Source: Candidatus Hermodarchaeota archaeon (lineage in GTDB: Archaea; Asgardarchaeota; Lokiarchaeia; Sigyniarchaeales; SOKP01). From it: a DNA stretch of 64,000 nt. This document shows positions 30,907 through 40,537 of this stretch, one piece after another. The stretch covers positions 17,815 to 81,814 of the forward strand of contig JBHLLG010000008.1 in assembly GCA_048885925.1 (NCBI GenBank), read 5' to 3'. A program made the translations under genes and the position numbers. The first letter of the stretch is position 1. Each line of letters begins with the position of its first letter. A model generated the notes under the pieces. It worked only from the letters and a program-made list of their open reading frames with translations. It made no database searches and was not told where the DNA came from.

Positions 30907-31518
30907 TTAAATATCCTGTAAACGTGCCTCAATCTCATCAAAATTTATATTATATTCTTCTCCTTTTGAAGTGACTTGAATCCATTCCGTTAACCATGGA
31001 CAATGTTTTGGATTAAATTGATCTAAATTAGTATCATTACATTTATCTCGAAATGGACAAATAAAGCAGGGTTGTCGAGAAAACATATTCCAAATAAAAT
31101 CTTTTCTGCTTTCATCGATTTTAAGCTCTTTTACTTTACTATCTATTTCATCAATAGCAAAAATATGTTTTGTCCATGATGCATCAACTAATTCTCGTTT
31201 CATTTTTATTTTCGATTGTAATTCTAGTAATTCAAGTATTTCTTCTAATTCAATTCTTTTCTTATTACTTTTTTCTATAAGATCATTAAAAAATATATCT
31301 TTTTCACGATTTATAATATTCAAAATGAATTTTTCATCTTTTCTTAATGTTCGGTTAAATTCTTTCTTCTTCTCTTCTATTCTTTCAATTCTTCTTTCAA
31401 CAGTAGATTTTTCTTCAGTGGGACCTTCCACACGTTCTTTTATTTTACATTTATGACGAGATAAATAGGCAAAACCTTTACCACAGTAAGGACAAACTTC
31501 TTTTTTTTTTTTTGCCAT
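30907..31518 (-). CDS. TFE-beta / RPC34-like transcription factor with an N-terminal zinc finger
   Basis: Central winged helix; C-terminal PCFICP....C.......P..CPWLTEW Fe-S motif; N-terminal CPYC..RHKC. Confidence 0.7.
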   Translation of the reverse strand: MAKKKKEVCPYCGKGFAYLSRHKCKIKERVEGPTEEKSTVERRIERIEEKKKEFNRTLRKDEKFILNIINREKDIFFNDLIEKSNKKRIELEEILELLELQSKIKMKRELVDASWTKHIFAIDEIDSKVKELKIDESRKDFIWNMFSRQPCFICPFRDKCNDTNLDQFNPKHCPWLTEWIQVTSKGEEYNINFDEIEARLQDI

Positions 31519-31707
31519 TTTATTAGCTTTATAAATTTATTTTAATTGGTTCATCTAAAATTAAATAATCATAAGAGTTATGATATATTCTTTATGAATA
31601 GTTAAAAATTAAATTTTCCTTTTTTTAAGAATTTATATCTTTAATAGCTAAATTTATATTAATAATTTTAAATGATATTTAAACCTAAAAATCATTATTA
31701 ACTAATA

Positions 31708-32523
31708 ATGAGAATTAATGAAATATTAGAAATTGATAAAGGGCAAATAATTAAAATTTATAATGTTTTAAGTAAATCAGAGTCCCTTGAAAGTTCTCTA
31801 GCAATTTTAACTTCAGGAGCAAAAAATTTTGATGAAGTTCTAGGTGGAGGTTTTTATAGAGGTAAGAAATATTTAATTTTTGGAGCGAATAATACAGGTA
31901 AAACACAGCTGTGTCATCAATTATGTGTTCAAGCCTACATTCAATTTTCTAAGTTTTCTGAAAAACCAAAAAGAAGTAAATATTTAGTCTATTATTTTGA
32001 CACAGAAAATACTTTCCGACCTGAGAGATTAAAGGAAATAATGAGATCATCTCGTTTAAAATCTCACCTAATATTGAAAAACACTTTAATATCAAAAATT
32101 ATGAGTAATTCTGCTTTTCTGCTTTCATTAAAAAATCTTGAGACCGTCTTAGAAAAAGATCAACTTAACATATTAATTATAGACACTATAAATAATTATT
32201 TTAATTCTGAAAAAGATATTTCTTCTTATAAAACTAAGGAATTATTTTTTAGGATTTTAAAGAAAATTAATTCACTCACATTAGATTATAATTTAATTAC
32301 AATAGCTACCGCGCAAGTATCTTCGAATTTTAGTGATGATACATTAATACCATTTTCACCAATAGGCAATCAATTACTAAATCAATTTTTTTCAGAATAT
32401 ATTTATTTGGATTATAAAAGTCAAGAACAGAGATATATTCACCTTGTAAATTCTTATAGTCTTCCTGAAAAAAGAATACTCTACAAAATAACCTCCTCAG
32501 GAATAGTAGATTTTAAATATTAA
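31708..32523 (+). CDS. RadA/Rad51 paralog
   Basis: SGAKNFDEVLGGG, GANNTGKTQLCHQLCV, DTENTFRPERL, LIIDTI. Confidence 0.88.
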   Translation: MRINEILEIDKGQIIKIYNVLSKSESLESSLAILTSGAKNFDEVLGGGFYRGKKYLIFGANNTGKTQLCHQLCVQAYIQFSKFSEKPKRSKYLVYYFDTENTFRPERLKEIMRSSRLKSHLILKNTLISKIMSNSAFLLSLKNLETVLEKDQLNILIIDTINNYFNSEKDISSYKTKELFFRILKKINSLTLDYNLITIATAQVSSNFSDDTLIPFSPIGNQLLNQFFSEYIYLDYKSQEQRYIHLVNSYSLPEKRILYKITSSGIVDFKY

Positions 32524-33352
32524 AGAATTTCAAAAAAGTTTCTATTGAAAGGTTTGGAAAATCTCTAGTTTTACACTCAGAATTTACTAAGCATATTTTA
32601 TTATCTATTTTATCACTTATCCATCTTATTAGTTTAATAGCATATTGAAGCTTTTTTAATTTTATAGGACTTGCTTTTTGATTGTGTATGAGATCTAATT
32701 TTGAATATTTACCAATAATAGTTCCAAAGTCCATTCCGATAAGAAATAATTTATGAAATGGTTGTAAAAGGGTGCGTAAGAAATAGAGGATTCGATCTCC
32801 ATCCGTAAATCCTCCTGGATTTAATACATTCCGAGTTGGTTCAATTTGGGTAGTTCCTATAATATTTTCAAATTTAATTATCTCATTTTTAAACAGATTC
32901 AGCTTCTCTCTATTATCACCGTGAGCATGAACAACATTAAACCTTGCATATTTAAATTCATTTTTAGTAATTCCATCTAAGTCTGTAAATATAGCATCAA
33001 TTTGAACTCGTTTTTTTCTTAACAGCGTTGATGCACCATCGGCAGTTAAATTAATAAAATTTTTAAAAAAATTCACCCCCTTTCGTTTTAAAATTATATT
33101 AAATGTTTTTTCCAAAGAAGGACCACATCCATAAATTAAGATCATTGGTTTTAAAGAAATAATTTCCTTAAATTGACTTAAAACGGTTTCTAGATTCCAT
33201 TTTTGACTTTTTTTTTTAAAAAAAATTTGAGATAAGTAATCTCGAGATTCACATTCTTTTATAAAGTCGAATTTAAAATCCTCTAATATTTGAGAGTACC
33301 AATCCTTAAATTCATAATAGAAATTTATTTGATCGCTTAGTTTTAAATTCAT
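32513..33352 (-). CDS. mptE: 6-hydroxymethyl-7,8-dihydropterin pyrophosphokinase (DUF115)
   Basis: GCGPSL, ADGA, TDLDG, VHAHGDN, GTTQ, GGFTDGDR, GMDFG. Confidence 0.9.
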   Translation of the reverse strand: MNLKLSDQINFYYEFKDWYSQILEDFKFDFIKECESRDYLSQIFFKKKSQKWNLETVLSQFKEIISLKPMILIYGCGPSLEKTFNIILKRKGVNFFKNFINLTADGASTLLRKKRVQIDAIFTDLDGITKNEFKYARFNVVHAHGDNREKLNLFKNEIIKFENIIGTTQIEPTRNVLNPGGFTDGDRILYFLRTLLQPFHKLFLIGMDFGTIIGKYSKLDLIHNQKASPIKLKKLQYAIKLIRWISDKIDNKICLVNSECKTRDFPNLSIETFLKFFNI

Positions 33353-33480
33353 AATTTCAAAAAATCTACTTCAAAAAATCAATAATAAAATTTTAAATTC
33401 TTACCTTAATTAATAAAAACATATTATTTAATTCAATATTATTATAATTCATAAATTAATAAAAAAAGAGTAAGATAAAA

Positions 33481-33876
33481 ATGACTAAATGGTTTACTAA
33501 AACACATCAATGGTTTGATGATGCGACAAAAATGGTTGGAATTACACCATATGCCGCAGAACAACTCGGAGAGATTAGTTTTGTCGATGTTGAGGGTCTT
33601 GAAGATGCTGAACTTAACCAAGTAAAAATGGATGGAGATGAACCATCGAGTGATCCAATAGATTGTACTGTTGAATCAAGTAAAGCTGTTGGTGATATTT
33701 ATTCACCAGTAAGTGGAAAAGTAATTGAAATTAATTCGGATTTGATGGATGAGCCAGAAAAAATTAATGAAAATGCTTTTGCGGCTTGGCTTTTTAAGAT
33801 TGAACCTTCAAATTGGGATGCCGAAAAAGGTAATTTATTAGACGAAGCATCCTATAATGCATTTGTTGGAAAATAG
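33481..33876 (+). CDS. gcvH: glycine cleavage system H protein (lipoyl carrier)
   Basis: FTKTHQW, VGIT.YAAEQLG.I.FV, VESSKAVGDIYSPVSG (lipoyl Lys), WLFKI. Confidence 0.92.
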   Translation: MTKWFTKTHQWFDDATKMVGITPYAAEQLGEISFVDVEGLEDAELNQVKMDGDEPSSDPIDCTVESSKAVGDIYSPVSGKVIEINSDLMDEPEKINENAFAAWLFKIEPSNWDAEKGNLLDEASYNAFVGK

Positions 33877-34070
33877 ATTTAAAAATTAATTAAAATATAT
33901 TTTTCAAATCTCTTTTTATTTTTTTCTTATTGCAATTTTATTCTATCCAATTTGAATAATACAATCTTAACAGAAATATTTAGAATAGGTTAATAAAATT
34001 AAATATTATAATCTCAATTATAGTAAACATATAAAATGGATTATAATAAAAAAATTGCTTTAAAAAGTAA

Positions 34071-34565
34071 TCATCGCTGTAGTTTCACATTTAACATATA
34101 CTGAAGCAAGAAGAAAGTTGTAATAATCATTATAACTCCAATTAATAAAATCCAAACTGCCATTTTTTTATTATATACATATTTAGATGCTTGATATAAT
34201 AGTATAAATCCTGTTGAGCAGAAGAAAATTAATATTGAAGCTACAATGCCCTCTATAATATAACTTTCATTAATATCAACAAAAATAAATACGGGATCTC
34301 CCTCAGAAGTTGCCCCAAGTGCAGGAGGTTCTCTAACTATAAAATAAACCACCCCTGTTTGAAGAATAAATAATATTATTAAAATAGCTATTACACTTAA
34401 AGATCTTGAAGGCATTGGAAAGGAAATTCTTGGAAGTTTGAATTTGGGAAAATTAATCTTGGGTTTCCTTATAGATTTCCCGAACAGCCAAGGGGTTCTA
34501 CTTCTAATTTTTTCTATTATTGTTTCAGAACCAATAATTTCCTCTTTATCTAACTTTTCTTTCAT
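34071..34565 (-). CDS. OSTC/DC2-like (OST3/OST6 family) oligosaccharyltransferase subunit
   Basis: MPS..., GVVYFIVREPPALG, YIIEGIVASIL...GFILL; three TM helices, no thioredoxin domain; resembles eukaryotic DC2 as recalled. Confidence 0.8.
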   Translation of the reverse strand: MKEKLDKEEIIGSETIIEKIRSRTPWLFGKSIRKPKINFPKFKLPRISFPMPSRSLSVIAILIILFILQTGVVYFIVREPPALGATSEGDPVFIFVDINESYIIEGIVASILIFFCSTGFILLYQASKYVYNKKMAVWILLIGVIMIITTFFLLQYMLNVKLQR

Positions 34566-34646
34566 AACTATTCGCTTTCAAGTAAGCTATAGAATAATTA
34601 TTAACATAAATTTATTAAGTTTTTCAAATAGTTTTCAACAAAATCT

Positions 34647-36140
34647 TTAATTGCAACTTAAGTTTTTTAATAAAGCAATTATAAATTTCCAAACTTTTTC
34701 AACAGATTTAATAAGCAAACGCTCATCTGGAGAGTGGGCTGCTTCATTTATAGGACCAATTGCTATCATATCCATTTGTGGAAACTTTTTTTTCAATATT
34801 CCACACTCTAACCCAGCATGAATAGCTTTGACTACTATTTTTTCATTAAAAAGATCTTCATAAGTTTCATCGCATTTCGCTAAAAGATTTGATTCAAAAT
34901 TTGGTGTCCATCCTGGATAATCACTATCTATCTTGAAATTAAAATCTAAATTACTCAAATCGAAAAGTGCTTTCACGTTCTCCCAAATTACAGTCTTAAA
35001 ATATTCACTTAAACTTCTTTGACTTATTTTAATTTCAATATCAGAATCTCTAGTCTTTATTGTACCTAAATTGGTAGAATTAAATACTAAACCTTTTATC
35101 TGAGGGTGCATCGAGAGAGGTCCAAAAGGTATTAAATAAATAATATTTAATATTCTATCTTGAAATTTATTTGAAAAAACTTTTTTATTAGAATAATTTT
35201 CTAATTTCTTAATTGAAATTTCTAAATTTGGTTCAATTCCTTCAAAAATTACTTTAATATTTCTACTTTGAGTTTCAATAAAGTTCTTAATCTCAGAAAA
35301 TTTATCTTTTTCTATATATAATATTGAAGTAGCTTCTCTAGGTATTGCATTAGTTTTATTTCCCCCATCTATTGAGCAAAATTGAATTTTGAACTTTTTG
35401 TTTAACTTCCATAGAATCTGACTGATAATCTTTAGAGCGTTACCTCTCCCTAAATTAATATCTACTCCCGAATGGCCTCCTAATAATCCCGATATAAATA
35501 TTTTTATTGGAATATATGTTTCCTCAACCTTTATCTTCTCTATTTTAACTTCATAAATGGTTACAATTCCTCCTGCACATCCAATAGTTACTGCATTATC
35601 CTCTTCAGCATCAATATTTATCAGAAAATCTCCGCCTGTAAAATCCTCCTTAATTTCAAATGCACCTCTTAATCCTTGTTCTTCATTTACAGTGAAAAGT
35701 AAATCTAAACTTAAAGAATCAATATCTATTTCTCCCTTATGGATTTTTTTCATTAAGGTTAAAAGATAACTAATTCCAACACCATTGTCAGCACCGAGCG
35801 TTGTACCATCAGCAGTAAGCCATTTCTCACCATTTAAATTCTTAATCATTAATTTTAGTGGATCTTTGGAAAAATCATGGGTTACAGCTTCATTTTTTTC
35901 ACAAACCATATCCATATGACACTGTAACACTCCTTTTAGATAGGGAAGTGATTTCACTGGAATTTTTATTAAAAGATTTCCAGCTTTATCAACTTTAGTA
36001 ACATAACCCAAATCATCTGCTTCTTTCTTTATAAAGGACCTAATTTTTTCTTCATGTTCGGAACACCGAGGTATTTTGGAAATTTTTTCAAAATATTCCC
36101 AAAATTCAATAGGTTCTCCTAATTCTTTTAAGTTAAACAA
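34647..36140 (-). CDS. pepD: aminoacyl-histidine dipeptidase (M20C)
   Basis: LQCHMDMVCEK, GTTLGADNGVG, EEQGL.GA, GGHSG.DI, IHAGLECG, HSPDE. Confidence 0.93.
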   Translation of the reverse strand: MFNLKELGEPIEFWEYFEKISKIPRCSEHEEKIRSFIKKEADDLGYVTKVDKAGNLLIKIPVKSLPYLKGVLQCHMDMVCEKNEAVTHDFSKDPLKLMIKNLNGEKWLTADGTTLGADNGVGISYLLTLMKKIHKGEIDIDSLSLDLLFTVNEEQGLRGAFEIKEDFTGGDFLINIDAEEDNAVTIGCAGGIVTIYEVKIEKIKVEETYIPIKIFISGLLGGHSGVDINLGRGNALKIISQILWKLNKKFKIQFCSIDGGNKTNAIPREATSILYIEKDKFSEIKNFIETQSRNIKVIFEGIEPNLEISIKKLENYSNKKVFSNKFQDRILNIIYLIPFGPLSMHPQIKGLVFNSTNLGTIKTRDSDIEIKISQRSLSEYFKTVIWENVKALFDLSNLDFNFKIDSDYPGWTPNFESNLLAKCDETYEDLFNEKIVVKAIHAGLECGILKKKFPQMDMIAIGPINEAAHSPDERLLIKSVEKVWKFIIALLKNLSCN

Positions 36141-36236
36141 TTTTATCTATTCTCGTTAAAATATATATATTAATTCATTTATAATAATTATAAAATAACA
36201 AAAAATTCCTTATAACTTTATTTAAAGGCTGATGGA

Positions 36237-37364
36237 ATGAGTTGGAAAGATCTTTATTCAGAAGTAAAGAAACGTAAAATGGAAGCATTGAATAAAAAAG
36301 ATGTGGTACAAGCCGTCGAAAAACACGGAAAAATTTTAGCTATTAATGGAAGATATGAAAAACCCAAAAAAGTAATTGAACATATGTACGCATCATTGAA
36401 AAAAGTTATTAAAGAAACTGATATTATGAAAGAAGATATATCTGAATATGATGTAGTTCTTATTGGATGTCCGGGTAGTGATCTTCCATATGCTTCTCAT
36501 CCAAAAATTAGAGATTTTGTAATGAATGGTGGATGGTTAATAACAACAGATTGGGCTTTAAAAAGTATTATTGAAAATATTTTTCCGGGTTTTATTCGTT
36601 GGAATCAAGCAAAAACTGCTGATGCTGTTGTTGCTTGTCAAATTATTGAACCAAATCATCCCTTTTTAGAAGGAGTAATAAGTGAAATTCAACAAAACAA
36701 ATGGCAAAAAAAATCAGTTAAAAATACAAAAAAAACTGAATTTCGTTGGTGGTTAGAAACACGTTCTTTTCCAATACAAATTATAAATCCTCAAGCTGTT
36801 CGTGTATTAATTAGTTCATGGGAAATTCAAAATAAGTGGGGAGAATCACCTGTACTTATAGAATTCGATTATGGAAAAAAGGGTGGGCGAGTAATTCATA
36901 TGATTAGCCACACACATTTACAAAAAGGTGGAACTAAAGGTAAATATGCTTCAGCTCTAATACTAACTAATATTTTAGATGAGAAAGTATCTCTAAAAAT
37001 GGGTATCTCAAAAAAATCAACCCCCAGTTATGTTTCTGATTTTCAAACACCTCAAACTCAACATCAATCTTATCAAACTCCCTTAGAAGACCAATGGATA
37101 TCTCCAAATCAACAGACAGAATATTTAACGCCAACAATTGGGAATAATAAATTAACACAAACCTCTCAAATAATTGAAATAGACGTTAATAATCCTGATT
37201 TTTCATTTGCTAACAAATGCATTTACTGTAACTATGATTTCACTGAATATAAGGGAAAAATATTTGTTTGTGAAGCCTGCAATACTCCATATCATGAACA
37301 TTGTATAAATATACAAATTAATGAAGGAATTTGCAAAAATTGTAATAGAATATTATTATGGTAA
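36237..37364 (+). CDS. class I glutamine amidotransferase-like domain fused to a C-terminal C4HC3 zinc finger
   Basis: YDVVLIGCPG...IRDFVMNGGWLITTDWA, GRVIHMISH; C-terminal CxxC-x13-CxxC-x4-HxxC-x9-CxxC. Confidence 0.65.
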   Translation: MSWKDLYSEVKKRKMEALNKKDVVQAVEKHGKILAINGRYEKPKKVIEHMYASLKKVIKETDIMKEDISEYDVVLIGCPGSDLPYASHPKIRDFVMNGGWLITTDWALKSIIENIFPGFIRWNQAKTADAVVACQIIEPNHPFLEGVISEIQQNKWQKKSVKNTKKTEFRWWLETRSFPIQIINPQAVRVLISSWEIQNKWGESPVLIEFDYGKKGGRVIHMISHTHLQKGGTKGKYASALILTNILDEKVSLKMGISKKSTPSYVSDFQTPQTQHQSYQTPLEDQWISPNQQTEYLTPTIGNNKLTQTSQIIEIDVNNPDFSFANKCIYCNYDFTEYKGKIFVCEACNTPYHEHCINIQINEGICKNCNRILLW

Positions 37365-37427
37365 TACTATCAATATAAAAATATAAAAAATAAAAAAAAG
37401 AATAGTATACTTTAGATTTCTTTGGAT

Positions 37428-37625
37428 TTAATTCTCAATGATCTCTATTGCCTCTTCTGGACATTGAGTTTCACATGCCCTACAACCAACACAATCTTCT
37501 CTGTTTTCTTCTATAACATTTACTTTACCTCCCTCAGGTTCATCAAAGCATTCAGAAGGGCATACTTCATAGCATGTACCACAACCAGTGCATGCATCTA
37601 GATCTATCTTTATATCAAAGGACAT
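37428..37625 (-). CDS. 2x[4Fe-4S] ferredoxin
   Basis: CTGCGTCYEVCP and CVGCRACETQCP. Confidence 0.92.
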   Translation of the reverse strand: MSFDIKIDLDACTGCGTCYEVCPSECFDEPEGGKVNVIEENREDCVGCRACETQCPEEAIEIIEN

Positions 37626-37796
37626 TTTTTTAACTCCATTATGTTCTTATTTCAAAATTTTTGATTATTTTATAATAATCTTATTTTTGATAATAAAATA
37701 AAAAATTTAAATTTCGTTTTTATTAAGAAAACATATCAATAATTTCTTAACTATTAAATCTAAAAAGAATATTAATCGCAACCTATCATCTTCAAA

Positions 37797-38915
37797 ATGA
37801 AATTAAGAAAATTTTGGAAATACAAATACAGCGGATCAATCTATGGGATTGAGATAGCTGATATAAATGGTAATGGTAAGGAAGAAATTATTGCATATTC
37901 TAAAACAGGAGTTCTTATTGTTATTTCACAAAATGGAAAATTGTTATATCATAGGATAATTTCTAAAAATTCACCAATTTGGCATTCTAAGATATACGAT
38001 ATTGATAATGATGGGAAAAATGAGTTAATATTAGGTGGAATGGATGGAATTTTAAGAATTTTTAAATGTGATTTAAAATATAATTTAAAATCTTTGTGGA
38101 ATCATAAATTTGATTCTTCTATTAGTGGAATTCTTATAGATGATATAAATAATGATAATATCGATGAATTAATCGTATTTTCACTTGATAAATCTTTAAG
38201 AGTATTAAATCCTTTAAACGGTGATTTAATATGGGGTCAAGTTTTTGAAGATGGCATAGGAGATGCGATTATCTTTATAGATACAAAGAATAATAGTAAA
38301 AAGGAAATAATTGCTTGTGGAAATGACGGTACAATAAGATGTTTTGATGGGATAGATGGAAGCTTATTATGGTTTAAAACTTTTTCTAATAAAGTCAGGT
38401 GCGTTTCATTTCTAAATTCTGTTAAAGGTATTGTATTATTAGTAGGAGGGGATGATAAAGTATTACATATCCTAGATAAAGCAACACAGAAAGAGTTTAA
38501 AATAATTAAATTCAAGGATTTCGTTTGGAAATGTATATCATATCCAAAGTGCGTTTTCAATAATGCAATTATAAGTTCTTATTCATTTGATTATTTTAAA
38601 AATTTAATAGCTATTGAAAAAGTAAAATTCACTTCAAAAATTATATGCTTAAATGAAATTTTTGAGGTTAAATGGGAATTAAAAGGCTATAATTGCGAGT
38701 TTATAAAAATTATTAAGTTTCAAGAAAAATTATTCATATTACTCGGGACTACTAAAGGTGAACTACTCATTGTCGATCCTGAAATAGGAAAAATTTTATT
38801 TAAAATACAACATGATTCATGTATAAATATGATTCAATTCCTTGAGGAACAAAGGATTATTATTAATTGCTATGATGATGGGAGCATCTATGCATATAAT
38901 CTAGAAGATTTTTGA
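37797..38915 (+). CDS. beta-propeller protein with FG-GAP-like Ca-binding loops
   Basis: DINGNGKEEII, DIDNDGKNELILG, DINNDNIDELIV; WD-like DG.IR repeats; no signal peptide. Confidence 0.75.
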   Translation: MKLRKFWKYKYSGSIYGIEIADINGNGKEEIIAYSKTGVLIVISQNGKLLYHRIISKNSPIWHSKIYDIDNDGKNELILGGMDGILRIFKCDLKYNLKSLWNHKFDSSISGILIDDINNDNIDELIVFSLDKSLRVLNPLNGDLIWGQVFEDGIGDAIIFIDTKNNSKKEIIACGNDGTIRCFDGIDGSLLWFKTFSNKVRCVSFLNSVKGIVLLVGGDDKVLHILDKATQKEFKIIKFKDFVWKCISYPKCVFNNAIISSYSFDYFKNLIAIEKVKFTSKIICLNEIFEVKWELKGYNCEFIKIIKFQEKLFILLGTTKGELLIVDPEIGKILFKIQHDSCINMIQFLEEQRIIINCYDDGSIYAYNLEDF

Positions 38916-39024
38916 TTTAAGAAGACTCTTTATAAAATTAAAAAGCTCTAATATAAAAAAGTTAAATGTAATTGTAGATTACCTTTAAAATTAAAAAAAA
39001 ATAAAATATTTATTTTTTAGCTTT

Positions 39025-39357
39025 TTACTCACTTTCCTCGGCTTCCTCAGCAGCTAATTCCTCCTCAAGTTCTTCAAGAGGAACAGGTGCTGGCGTAGTT
39101 AACATGCTGTAGCCAATCCAAATTGCAATAATTGAGATAAGCAAAACTAGAAGCCACATAGGCGCAACTACAAATAATCTCCAATCAAGCCAATCAATTC
39201 CAAAGAAATTCAACCAACTATCCCAATCTGGGTTATCCCATATAGTGTCAAATAAAAGATCAATAAGTGAACCCATTGTATAAACAATAGCAATTAATAT
39301 ACCAACGATCATTACAATTGCGCCAATAACTTTATCCTTAGCCATTTTGATAACCAT
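39025..39357 (-). CDS. small two-TM protein, DPM2-like
   Basis: DKVIG...VYT and P.......I.IWIGYSML.TP.P; acidic tail. Confidence 0.6.
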   Translation of the reverse strand: MVIKMAKDKVIGAIVMIVGILIAIVYTMGSLIDLLFDTIWDNPDWDSWLNFFGIDWLDWRLFVVAPMWLLVLLISIIAIWIGYSMLTTPAPVPLEELEEELAAEEAEESE

Positions 39358-39563
39358 TTAGAATTTGTTTTTTTATTTAATAATATTAGTTCTGCATAAA
39401 GTTAAGCGTGTAATTTGTGCTTAATATAATTTTTAAAAAATGATTCAATTAAAACCATTCGATCAAGACTATAGGATCGTAAATAAAATATTATGATGAT
39501 CCACATATAAACTATATAGAATTATATGAAAAATATCAATAATCAAGATTAAGTACCAGATTT

Positions 39564-40532
39564 ATGTCTAAGGAAAATGATTATGTACTAATAATTGGAT
39601 CAAGCAATATTGATTTGAATGTCTATTCCAAACGTTTTCCAAATCCCGGTGAAACTGTCACAGGAGGAGTTTTTAAACAATTTTTGGGGGGAAAAGGAGC
39701 TAATCAATCTGTTGCCTCAATAAGGTCTGGCGCTAAAACGATTTTTATTGGAAAGATTGGAATGGATCTTTTTGGTGATCAGATGATTTCTCAATTAACT
39801 AAAGAAGGAATTAACATGAATAACGTTATAAGAGATCCTGAAGAACATAGTGGTGTAGCGTTAATTTTGATTGATGAAAATGGTGAAAATATGATAAGTG
39901 TAGCTCCTGGAGCAAATTTTAAAATGACTCCTCAAGAAATAAGATCTGTCAGCAATATAATAAAAAAGGCTAAATCTTTAGTTGTTCAAATGGAAATTCC
40001 TATAGAAACAATTAGGGAGATTTTTAGAATCGCTTCTGATGGTAATGTGATCAAAATTTTAAATCCCGCCCCATTGAAAAGCATACCTATTGAAATTTTA
40101 AAAATGGTTGACATTATTGTCCCAAATGAAGGTGAGCTTTATAGATTGCACTCATTTTTTGATTTTAAGGAATTAAATAAGGAAGGCACTCAAAAAATTA
40201 TTCAAGCTGCAAAAAATATTTCAAATTTAGGGATAAGATATATTATTACTACATTGGGAAGTAAAGGATGTTTAATTTATGATGGAATAGAAGATAAGTC
40301 ATTCGAAATACCTGCACCTAAAGTTAAAGCTATAGATACTGTAGGTGCAGGTGATTGTTTTATTGGAGTATTAGCAAGTATGTTAAGTAAAGGTGAAAAT
40401 ATTTTAAGTGCTGTTAAATTTGCTACTGTAGCAGCGTCAATTGCAGTTACTAGAAAAGGAGCTCAAGAATCAATGCCATATCTCTATGAAATTGAAAATA
40501 GATTAAAAGTGTTAAATTTATACGAAAAATAA
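39564..40532 (+). CDS. rbsK: ribokinase (PfkB family)
   Basis: GSSNIDL, GGKGANQ, LNPAP, PNEGE, DTVGAGDCF. Confidence 0.92.
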   Translation: MSKENDYVLIIGSSNIDLNVYSKRFPNPGETVTGGVFKQFLGGKGANQSVASIRSGAKTIFIGKIGMDLFGDQMISQLTKEGINMNNVIRDPEEHSGVALILIDENGENMISVAPGANFKMTPQEIRSVSNIIKKAKSLVVQMEIPIETIREIFRIASDGNVIKILNPAPLKSIPIEILKMVDIIVPNEGELYRLHSFFDFKELNKEGTQKIIQAAKNISNLGIRYIITTLGSKGCLIYDGIEDKSFEIPAPKVKAIDTVGAGDCFIGVLASMLSKGENILSAVKFATVAASIAVTRKGAQESMPYLYEIENRLKVLNLYEK

Positions 40533-40537
40533 AGAAA

